Shown piece by piece: positions 40,487 to 48,752 of a stretch of DNA of 64,000 nt. Where the stretch lies: positions 136,075-200,074 of the forward strand of contig OY970216.1 of the NCBI GenBank assembly GCA_963713955.1. Direction: 5' to 3'. Below the pieces are notes generated by a model. That model saw only the letters and a list, made by a program, of their open reading frames with translations, was not told the DNA's origin and ran no database searches. The translations under genes and the position numbers were made by a program. The stretch's first letter is position 1. Each line of letters begins with the position of its first letter. The stretch is from an uncultured bacterium. GTDB taxonomy: Bacteria > Patescibacteriota > Minisyncoccia > UBA6257 > GWB1-50-10.

Positions 40487-43162
40487 AGCATGAAAAACAA
40501 ACTGTTAGCGTTAGGTTTCGCGGCAATAATCGCCGCCGGGATGTGGCTCCCTGGAGTGAGTCAGGCACAGGTCGCAACCTCGAACAACTTCGGCATCACG
40601 CCGGGGATGTCCGATACGCAGATCATCCAGATACTGGTTCAGGTTGTCCAGCAGCTCATGACGCAGATTCAGGCGATCATCGCGGAGAGGTCGCAGATTG
40701 TGTCGTCCACGCCGGTCGTTCCGATCATCACGACTTCCACTCAATCGTCAATTACCATCCTCTCGCCGAGCGGTGGAGAGCAGTACGATTTCGCTACCGG
40801 AATGACGATATCGGTGGCATGGACAATGAATTACAATTCTCCGTCACTCACGGTTTATATGTACAATCCCAACGTTGGCAATGTCTATGTTTCTCCTGCG
40901 ACTACGGGAAGCGTAGGTAAGAATGGGTGGACCATTCCAGCCGCCGTCGTTAACGCTATACCGTCTACGGGCGGTCAGTATAAGGTTGGTGTGTGCGACA
41001 ACAATCAATCACCAGCCGGCCTACCGGGGAAAGCGCTATGTAGTTGGAGTGATTATTTTACCGCAACTGGTAACGGCTCTATCAGTAACACGCCGGCCAC
41101 CCCTGCAGCTCCGACCGCGGTAGCCACCGGCCAAACGTCGGTTTCCCTCTCCTGGCCGGCGGTCTCCGGGGCAACGAGCTACCACATCTCAAGAGTTCCG
41201 CCAAATCTCGATATTAATACTGTCTATACCAATTCCTACGCGGACGCCAATGCCGGCTACTACGGCATGACCTGCGGTACGACCTACCAGTACCGGATCG
41301 AAGCGTGCAATTCATCGGATGGCGGATATACCGGTTGCAGTGCTTGGGGACCGTGGACGTCAGTCACAACGGATGTCTGCAGTGTGACATCGACACCGAG
41401 TACTACTCCGGTCGTGACCGGCGTCTCCGGGCCGCAGTCGCTCAATGTCGGCCAGACAGGGACCTGGACGGTGAACGCCTATGATCCCCAGGGCGGTAAT
41501 TTGAGTTACAGTGTGCTGTGGGGTGATTCTGGCGCTGGCCCCGTCTATCCAACGACTCAATCAATCCAGCAAACCGCTACATTCACGCATGCATACAATA
41601 CTGGTGGTACTACCTATATGCCGATTTTTACTGTGACGAACACCAGTGGCAAGACCGCCCAAACGAGCTTGACGGTGAAAGTGGGTGCGGCAAGCACAAC
41701 TTCTCTTCTTAACCTTCTCTCTCCTGCGAGAGGGGAGACACTAACGGCTGGTACTACCTATGTTATCCGCTGGAGCGCAACACAGGATCTCCTTGCGAGA
41801 TATCCGTACGTCGATATTATACTCGGCGGGTATACCTCGAACGGGTGCAGCGTTTTCGGTTGCGGGACTTTACCGCCCGAGCGTCTCTTTGCGAGAATTT
41901 GGGACGGCGTAAAATCTCTCTTCGGGATTACGGCGAATGCTCAGACGAGCGCAATCGGTACTAAGTTGGCCATAGCGACCAACGTTTCTCTGAGTTCCGG
42001 TTCCTACACCTGGTCTATCCCGTCTGATATCACGAACAAAGTTGGTTCGATAAACGGGAATTATCAGATTTACTTTGCCCAGAGTCAGACCAATAACTAT
42101 GTTTATCCCTATACGGATAATACTTTTAGGATTATTTCTACGGTTTCCACTCAGCCCTCGGTTGTCGTTACTATGCCAAACGGGGGGGAAACATATACGG
42201 CTGGAGGTTCGATTTCGATAGTGTGGAAGAAGAGCGGGGTGTCGATTCAGAATGATAACAACACATTTTTGTACGCCGTTGATAGTAAGGGGTATCAAAC
42301 CACAGTTGCGAGCAACTTGGCGGATAACCAGACGTCTTACACTTGGAGTACGTCGGGTGTAGCTCCGGGTTCCTATAAGATTCGCCTCAATGTTGTGTAT
42401 AACGGCGCTGTTCTGGAGGATTACAGCGATGGATACTTCACGATTAGTGGTGTGGCAACGACTACTCCTGCTCTCTCCGCCCCGACTCTTGTCAGTCCCT
42501 CCAACGGCACTACCGTGAACTCGACGAGCCCGACTCTCCAGTGGTCGAGCTCTGGGGTTTCGACGGCGGCACCGACATATTGGTCGCAAGCGCTCCAGGT
42601 GGCGACCGATCCGGGTTTCAGCAACCTCATCGTCAATAAGTCGGCGATCGACGGAGCCTCGCGGCAGTATTCGCTTTCCAACCTTTCCGGCGGTACCACG
42701 TACTACTGGCGCGTGGAAGTGAGCAACATTAATGGAGAGAGCCCCTGGTCGTCTGCATGGAGCTTTACGACGCCGAGCGCGGTTTCCACCGCCCCCGCCA
42801 CCCCTGCGGCCCCGACCGTGACGGTTACCGGCCCGACTTCGATCTCTGTTTCTTGGCAAAGCGTAGCCGGCGCGACAAGCTATCATATTTCGCGGACGCC
42901 GCCGAATCTGGACATCAATACCGTAAACAGCACGGCGTTTGCTGACAGCGGCTCGTACAACATGGCCTGTGGCACGGGCTACCAATACCAAATTGAAGCC
43001 TGCAACTCGTATGGTTGCAGCGCTTGGAGCTCGCCGTCGTTTGCTACAACAAGCGCCTGTGCAGCAGGCTACTCAGGAAGCTCTTTAAATGCCTCGCTTT
43101 TGGATGCCATGCAGGGTACACTCAACTCGATTACGAGCGCGCTGCAAAACCTGTCTCACTGA
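40487..43162 (+). CDS. large secreted Thr/Ser-rich surface protein with two FN3-like repeats
   Basis: Signal peptide MKNKLLALGFAAIIAAGMWLPGVSQAQ; duplicated block PAAPT..TG.TS.S.SW..V.GATSYHISR.PPNLDINTV...A.....Y...CGT.YQY.IEACNS. Confidence 0.5.
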   Translation, partial: SMKNKLLALGFAAIIAAGMWLPGVSQAQVATSNNFGITPGMSDTQIIQILVQVVQQLMTQIQAIIAERSQIVSSTPVVPIITTSTQSSITILSPSGGEQYDFATGMTISVAWTMNYNSPSLTVYMYNPNVGNVYVSPATTGSVGKNGWTIPAAVVNAIPSTGGQYKVGVCDNNQSPAGLPGKALCSWSDYFTATGNGSISNTPATPAAPTAVATGQTSVSLSWPAVSGATSYHISRVPPNLDINTVYTNSYADANAGYYGMTCGTTYQYRIEACNSSDGGYTGCSAWGPWTSVTTDVCSVTSTPSTTPVVTGVSGPQSLNVGQTGTWTVNAYDPQGGNLSYSVLWGDSGAGPVYPTTQSIQQTATFTHAYNTGGTTYMPIFTVTNTSGKTAQTSLTVKVGAASTTSLLNLLSPARGETLTAGTTYVIRWSATQDLLARYPYVDIILGGYTSNGCSVFGCGTLPPERLFARIWDGVKSLFGITANAQTSAIGTKLAIATNVSLSSGSYTWSIPSDITNKVGSINGNYQIYFAQSQTNNYVYPYTDNTFRIISTVSTQPSVVVTMPNGGETYTAGGSISIVWKKSGVSIQNDNNTFLYAVDSKGYQTTVASNLADNQTSYTWSTSGVAPGSYKIRLNVVYNGAVLEDYSDGYFTISGVATTTPALSAPTLVSPSNGTTVNSTSPTLQWSSSGVSTAAPTYWSQALQVATDPGFSNLIVNKSAIDGASRQYSLSNLSGGTTYYWRVEVSNINGESPWSSAWSFTTPSAVSTAPATPAAPTVTVTGPTSISVSWQSVAGATSYHISRTPPNLDINTVNSTAFADSGSYNMACGTGYQYQIEACNSYGCSAWSSPSFATTSACAAGYSGSSLNASLLDAMQGTLNSITSALQNLSH

Positions 43163-43235
43163 GGGAACTTTGATGCGGTAACGAAAACGGCAAGCGGACG
43201 TCTTGCCGTTTTCGTTTTGGGGCGATTATAATTGG

Positions 43236-44507
43236 AAAATGACAAAATCAAAAAGGCTGAAGCTCAAAAACGGCTTGCGCGTGATCCTGGTCTCGGAACC
43301 GCAGAACCTCACGACGACCGTCATGGTGTCGGTGGAAGCGGGGTCGGAGTACGAAACGAAAGACGTAAACGGTCTGTCGCATTTTCTCGAGCACATGTGT
43401 TTCAAAGGGACGCATAAGAGGCCGACCGCCCTTGATATCACGGCCGAACTCGACGGGTTGGGCGCACAATACAACGCGTTCACGTCTCAGGAATCGACAA
43501 GCTATTATGCCAAGGCAAAGAACGAGAATGCGCGGGAAATCTTGGATGTCGTCGCGGATATGTACCTCGACCCGACGTTCGATGGCCGTGAGATAGAAAA
43601 GGAGCGGGGAGTTATCGTCCAGGAACTCAACATGTACGAGGACACGCCGATGAGGCGGGTCGGGGACCTTTTTATGAACCTTGTCTATGGTGACCAACCG
43701 GCGGGGTGGGATGTCGGGGGGACTAAAGACGTGATCAAAAAACTGACCCGCGACGACTTCCTGAACTATCGGAAGAAGCACTACCTGCCTCAGGCCACGG
43801 TCGTGACCATCTCGGGCGGGAAAGCAGGACTCGACATGTTCGGTAAGGTGAAAAAATATTTTGAGGAGTTGCCGCCAGGCGAGAAGGGAAAAAAGTCCGC
43901 GACGAAGGAATCTCAAAGAAGGCCGCGGGAGCTCGTTTCCTTCAAGGATGTGGACCAATCGCACATCATCATGGGTTTCAGGGCTTTCGACGTGCAGGAT
44001 GAGCGAAAGTACGCCCTTCAGGTGGCGGCGGACATCTTGGGGGGAGGAATGAGTTCTCGGCTCTTCCAGAAAGTGCGGGATGAACTCGGGGCGGCCTACT
44101 ACGTGAGATCCGACGTCGATCTTTACCTCGACCACGGGCTTTTTGAAATGGCAGCCGGCATCGAGCATGAAAAAATGGACATGGTTTTGAAAGCCGTTCT
44201 GAAAGAGTTTGAGAGATTACGGGACGAAAAGATCGGACCGTCTGAACTTAAGAGGGCGAAGGAGCACCTCCTGGGAAATCTTTTCATGTCTCTCGAGGGG
44301 TCTGACGAAATAGGGGCCTTTTACGCTTCCCAAGAGATACTGGGGCTCAAACTCATGACGCCGCAGGAAGTGGCGGCGAAGATCAATGGAGTTACCGCCG
44401 ACGAGGTAATGGCAGCGTCGAGGCGGGTCATAAAGAACGAGCGCTTGAATCTGGCCGTCATCGGACCCTTTAAGAAAAAGAGCTTTCTTGATATATTGAA
44501 AGTGTGA
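43236..44507 (+). CDS. M16-family (insulinase/pitrilysin-like) zinc peptidase
   Basis: HFLEHMCFKGT inverted zinc motif, downstream E; 424 aa. Confidence 0.8.
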   Translation, partial: KMTKSKRLKLKNGLRVILVSEPQNLTTTVMVSVEAGSEYETKDVNGLSHFLEHMCFKGTHKRPTALDITAELDGLGAQYNAFTSQESTSYYAKAKNENAREILDVVADMYLDPTFDGREIEKERGVIVQELNMYEDTPMRRVGDLFMNLVYGDQPAGWDVGGTKDVIKKLTRDDFLNYRKKHYLPQATVVTISGGKAGLDMFGKVKKYFEELPPGEKGKKSATKESQRRPRELVSFKDVDQSHIIMGFRAFDVQDERKYALQVAADILGGGMSSRLFQKVRDELGAAYYVRSDVDLYLDHGLFEMAAGIEHEKMDMVLKAVLKEFERLRDEKIGPSELKRAKEHLLGNLFMSLEGSDEIGAFYASQEILGLKLMTPQEVAAKINGVTADEVMAASRRVIKNERLNLAVIGPFKKKSFLDILKV

Positions 44508-45532
44508 CTTCAAGTTCGGAGAAAATGGAAATAGGCTGGCCGACACTCTGGCGGTTCTTTGTCTTTCTGGCCATCGTCGCCATTTTGTACTTTGCGAGAT
44601 CGTCTTTCGCCATGCTTTTTGTGGGGGTCGTCGTGTCCCTTGGCATCGATCCTTTGGTGACCTTTTTGGCTGAGCGGGTGAAGATGGGGAGAGTTCTTGG
44701 GACCTTGCTTACGTTTCTTTTCGTGATAGCGATCCTCGTCCTCATCGCTTATCTCGTCGTGCCCGTCGTGGGAGGGGAGGTGAGAGATTTCGCGGCTAAT
44801 TTCAATCAGTCGTTTTCGGATCTCTTCGGTTTTAATATTCCGATTCCCGGTTGGAAAGATTTAGGGCATGGCGTGGGGCAAATCGTGGTTTCCATAACGT
44901 CGGGCAACGCTTCGGTGCCAGCGGTAGTCGCCAATTTTTTCAGTGACCTTCTTCTTACGGTCGGAGCAATCGTCGTAACACTTTATCTTTCCATAGAAAA
45001 AGATGGAGCGGACAAAATGCTCCGATGGATTCTACCTGCTTCTTACGAGAAGCAGATTATAGCCGTTTTTGATAGCTTTAAAAACAAGATGAGGAAATGG
45101 CTCGGGACGCAGCTTATTTTGAGCTTATTTATCGGTGTCGCCGTGGGGCTCGGCATGTGGTTCATCGGCGTGAGATACCCGTTCATTCTCGGAGTCCTTG
45201 CGGCGATTTTTGAGGTCGTGCCGATCATCGGCCCCATTGTGACCGGCGCCGTGGCGTTTCTGATAGCTATCTCGAGCTCCCTCACGCTCGCAATTTACGC
45301 GGTCCTTTTCTTCCTCTTCGTTCAGCAACTTGAGAATCATGTCCTCGTGCCACTTATCATGGGGAGAAGCATGAAGGTGCACCCCGTGATTGTCGTCGTG
45401 TCTCTCTTGGCGGGTGGCGAGATCGCCGGTTTCGTCGGCATTCTCCTTGGCGTGCCTATATCCGTTCTCATTCAGGAAATTTTCAATTACCTTTCTGAAC
45501 AGAGAGAGCAACGGCCACGGCCGGATTCCTAA
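44504..45532 (+). CDS. AI-2E family (UPF0118/PerM) transporter
   Basis: 8 TM with conserved LENHVLVPLIMG...HPV region. Confidence 0.75.
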   Translation: MTSSSEKMEIGWPTLWRFFVFLAIVAILYFARSSFAMLFVGVVVSLGIDPLVTFLAERVKMGRVLGTLLTFLFVIAILVLIAYLVVPVVGGEVRDFAANFNQSFSDLFGFNIPIPGWKDLGHGVGQIVVSITSGNASVPAVVANFFSDLLLTVGAIVVTLYLSIEKDGADKMLRWILPASYEKQIIAVFDSFKNKMRKWLGTQLILSLFIGVAVGLGMWFIGVRYPFILGVLAAIFEVVPIIGPIVTGAVAFLIAISSSLTLAIYAVLFFLFVQQLENHVLVPLIMGRSMKVHPVIVVVSLLAGGEIAGFVGILLGVPISVLIQEIFNYLSEQREQRPRPDS

Positions 45533-45550
45533 CCGGCCGCTGCGGATGAA

Positions 45551-47020
45551 ATGGAGAAATTTTACGTCACAACCGCCATACCCTATGTAAATGCTAGTCC
45601 GCATATCGGGCATTCGCTTGAATTTGTCGAGGCCGACGTGATAGCTCGCCATGAAAGGATTTTGAACAAGGATGTTTATTTTCTTTCTGGTACTGACGAG
45701 AACGCGATGAAGAACTATCAAGCGGCCGAGAAAGCCGGGATCGGCGTTCAAAATTTCGTTGACAGAAACTCTTTAGCATTCGAGACACTTTTAAAAGTGC
45801 TCAATATCTCAAACGATCAGTTTATCAAAACTACCGAAGATAGGCATAAAAAGGGAGCCCAAGCGCTCTGGACGGCTACCAAGAAGGACGATTTGTACAA
45901 GAAGACCTATCGCGGGCTTTATTGTGTCGGATGCGAGCAATTTTACGAGCCTGCCGAACTTAACGATAAGGGAGAATGTTTTGAGCATCCCGGTAAACCC
46001 TTGGAAGTCGTTGAAGAGGAGAACTACTTTTTCCATCTCTCGAGATATCAAGATTGGCTCTATGATCTGATAGTGAGCGACAAACTGAAGATAGTCCCGG
46101 AAATCAGAAAAAACGAAGTGCTTTCGTTGATAGAAAGAGGGCTTCAGGATTTTTCCGTATCGCGCCCCATCGAGCGGTCCCACGGCTGGGGGGTCACGGT
46201 GCCGAACGATGACAAGCAAACCATTTATGTATGGTATGACGCCTTAGCGAATTACGTTACCGCTCTCGGTTATCCCGATGTCGAGAGCGAACTGTACAAA
46301 AAGTATTGGCTGGAAAGTCAAACACGCCTTCATGTGATCGGCAAGGGCATAAGCCGTTTCCATGCCGTGTATTGGCCGGCGATGCTCAAGAGTGCCGGTT
46401 TACCCATCCCAACCATGGAATTCATTCACGGTTACGTGACGACCGAGGGTCAGAAAATCAGCAAGACGCTCGGCAATGTCGTAGATCCCATGGAAATAGT
46501 CAAAAAATACGGAGTTGATCCCCTTCGTTACTATTTGTTGAGAGAAATTCCGGCCTATCTGGACGGCGATTTTTCGTTCAGGAGGTTTGAAGAAAGATAC
46601 AATTCCGACTTGGCAAACGGTTTGGGCAACTTCGCCGCACGAGTTCTCACGCTCGGCGAAGGGCTGGACGGAATGAAGGATCGGGAAATCTCTCCGGATG
46701 TCGGAAGCAAAATCAGCGAAACGAAGAAAAAAATGGAGGCGGCGCTCGACGAATTCAAATTCCATGAAGCGCTCGGCTCCCTTTGGAATCTCGTCAGCTT
46801 CGGCGACGAGTACGTGAACGATAAGAAACCGTGGGCCGCCGGAGAGCGTGAGGAAAAGGAAAAGATAGTTTTCGATCTAATCGCTGTCTTGGACAATGTC
46901 GCGGCGCTCGTCCGCCCCTTCCTGCCCGGAACTTCTGAGAGAATAACCGGATGCATAGTTTGGGAAAACGGAAAGGTGAAAACGAAGAGGGGCGGGATAC
47001 TTTTCCCGCGCCTGAAATGA
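45551..47020 (+). CDS. metG: methionine--tRNA ligase (short form)
   Basis: TAIPYVNASPHIGHSLE HIGH motif, CVGCEQF...C..H zinc knuckle, KISKTLGN. Confidence 0.9.
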   Translation: MEKFYVTTAIPYVNASPHIGHSLEFVEADVIARHERILNKDVYFLSGTDENAMKNYQAAEKAGIGVQNFVDRNSLAFETLLKVLNISNDQFIKTTEDRHKKGAQALWTATKKDDLYKKTYRGLYCVGCEQFYEPAELNDKGECFEHPGKPLEVVEEENYFFHLSRYQDWLYDLIVSDKLKIVPEIRKNEVLSLIERGLQDFSVSRPIERSHGWGVTVPNDDKQTIYVWYDALANYVTALGYPDVESELYKKYWLESQTRLHVIGKGISRFHAVYWPAMLKSAGLPIPTMEFIHGYVTTEGQKISKTLGNVVDPMEIVKKYGVDPLRYYLLREIPAYLDGDFSFRRFEERYNSDLANGLGNFAARVLTLGEGLDGMKDREISPDVGSKISETKKKMEAALDEFKFHEALGSLWNLVSFGDEYVNDKKPWAAGEREEKEKIVFDLIAVLDNVAALVRPFLPGTSERITGCIVWENGKVKTKRGGILFPRLK

Positions 47021-47024
47021 GTTC

Positions 47025-47951
47025 ATGAACGAGAAGTTTTTCGATGCGCACACGCACGCGCACTTCGCCGCGTTCAAAGACGATTATCGCGAAGTCGTCC
47101 GGCGGTCTCTGGACGCCGGCGTCGGTATGATCAACGCGGGGACCCAAAAAGACACATCGGCGAAAGCAGTCGCGGTGGCGCACGAATTCGAAAGCGAGCC
47201 GGTGTATGCCGCTGTCGGACTCCATCCCATTCACACGTCGGAATCGTTCCATGACGCCGAAGAGCTGGGAGCCGACCCTTCGGTAAGTCCGGAATTCACC
47301 TCGCGGAGCGAAGAGTTTGACTATGAGTGCTACAAAAAACTGGCGCTCGATCCGAAAACGGTCGCGATCGGGGAGTGCGGCCTCGACTATGCCGCTTTTG
47401 TCCGCGAGCAACGCGAGCGGTTACAAAAGCGAGCATCCGCCGAAGCCTTGCGCGAAGGCGGATTGACCGATGACGAGATAGAAACGCAGAAGCGAAAACA
47501 GGTTGCCGCCTTTGAAGCGCAAATAAAGCTCGCCCACGAAGTCGGAAAACCTCTTATGATCCACTGCCGCAATGCTTTTAGCGACTTAATCAAAATACTT
47601 GATGCTAACTGCTCGCTACTTAATACTAGAAATCCCGGCGTCATCCATTTCTTCTCCGGCACAAAGGAAGATGCAAAGAAACTTTTAGATCTCGGTTTCA
47701 CTTTCACGTTCGGCGGCGTCATCACGTTCACGCGTGATTACGACGAAATTGTGGAATACCTTCCCTTCGACAGGATTTTGTCCGAAACCGACGCCCCGTA
47801 CGTGGCTCCGGTTCCACACCGGGGGAAGCGGAATGAGCCGGCGTACGTCATCGAGGTCGTGAAGCGGCTCGCCGAGATAAGGGGAGTTTCTTTGGAGAGG
47901 ATGGCTGGCGAGATTTTGAAAAACGCGACCCGTGTGTTTAAGTTGAACTAA
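47025..47951 (+). CDS. tatD: TatD-family hydrolase
   Basis: FDAHTHA, IGECGLDY, HCR.AF, ETDAPY; conserved metG-tatD adjacency. Confidence 0.85.
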   Translation: MNEKFFDAHTHAHFAAFKDDYREVVRRSLDAGVGMINAGTQKDTSAKAVAVAHEFESEPVYAAVGLHPIHTSESFHDAEELGADPSVSPEFTSRSEEFDYECYKKLALDPKTVAIGECGLDYAAFVREQRERLQKRASAEALREGGLTDDEIETQKRKQVAAFEAQIKLAHEVGKPLMIHCRNAFSDLIKILDANCSLLNTRNPGVIHFFSGTKEDAKKLLDLGFTFTFGGVITFTRDYDEIVEYLPFDRILSETDAPYVAPVPHRGKRNEPAYVIEVVKRLAEIRGVSLERMAGEILKNATRVFKLN

Positions 47952-47953
47952 TC

Positions 47954-48625
47954 ATGCAAGCGGTAATTTTGGCGGCAGGCCTTGGGACGAGGATGAAGGA
48001 ACTCACGGTGGATACCCCAAAGCCGCTCTTGAAGATCGGCGAAAAAACGCTTCTCGAGTACAAGCTCCAGAACCTTCCCGATGAGATAGACGAAGTGGTG
48101 CTTGTCATCGGCTATCTGGGAGATCAGATAAAGTCCGCGTTCAACGGGAAGTTCCGGGGCCGCAAGATAACGTACGTCGAGCAAAAGGAATTGAAGGGGA
48201 CCGGCCACGCACTCTCGCTTTGCAAGCCGTTTCTCGCGGGCAGATTTCTCGTCTTGATGGGGGACGACTTGTACGCCAAGGAGGATCTCGAAAAATTAGT
48301 GAGCTATCCTTTGTCGGTTTTGGGCTGCGAGCTTAAAGAGGATATCTCGGGAGTAAAGCGGGCGGAAATAAAAACAGACGCCTCGGGCAGGGTGACGGAA
48401 ATCGACGAAAATTCTCCTGCAAGGAAGGGTATGCTCGAAAATGCGGCGGCCTACGTTTTGGACGAAAGTTATTTTGAATATCCCCTGAAGCCGGCTGATT
48501 CGAATTCGAAAGAGTTCGGCCTGCCGCAGACCATGGCGCAAATGGTGAGGGATGGGAAAGACATAAAGATTGTGAGGGCAACGTGGTGGAAGAAAGTCAC
48601 CTGCCCGGAAGACTTGAGGTTTTAG
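47954..48625 (+). CDS. sugar-phosphate nucleotidyltransferase
   Basis: AVILAAGLGTRM....PKPLL signature of NTP_transferase family. Confidence 0.7.
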   Translation: MQAVILAAGLGTRMKELTVDTPKPLLKIGEKTLLEYKLQNLPDEIDEVVLVIGYLGDQIKSAFNGKFRGRKITYVEQKELKGTGHALSLCKPFLAGRFLVLMGDDLYAKEDLEKLVSYPLSVLGCELKEDISGVKRAEIKTDASGRVTEIDENSPARKGMLENAAAYVLDESYFEYPLKPADSNSKEFGLPQTMAQMVRDGKDIKIVRATWWKKVTCPEDLRF

Positions 48626-48628
48626 CTC

Positions 48629-48697
48629 GCCACGTACCTCCGCTCAGGCAGTCTCCGGGGCGACGCCCAAGTCTTAGCCTTCGCGGAGGTACGTGGC
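48629..48697. repeat. hairpin repeat element, family B (core GGCAGTCTCCGGGGCGACGCCCAAGTCTTAGCCTTCGCG)
   Basis: 15-bp arms GCCACGTACCTCCGC/GCGGAGGTACGTGGC around core 48647-48685; second copy 54119-54158. Confidence 0.5.
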
Positions 48698-48752
48698 TCG
48701 CTTTCTTTCGTCAACCTTCAAAAAGGGGCTGTTTTTGTTTAGAATAGACCTC

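Noticed and set aside
41870-42991. 373-aa minus-strand ORF
   Set aside because: Antisense to the large surface-protein gene; extreme Arg content (RRRRNPRARPLE...) indicates non-coding frame
43248-44168. 306-aa minus-strand ORF
   Set aside because: Antisense to the M16 peptidase gene
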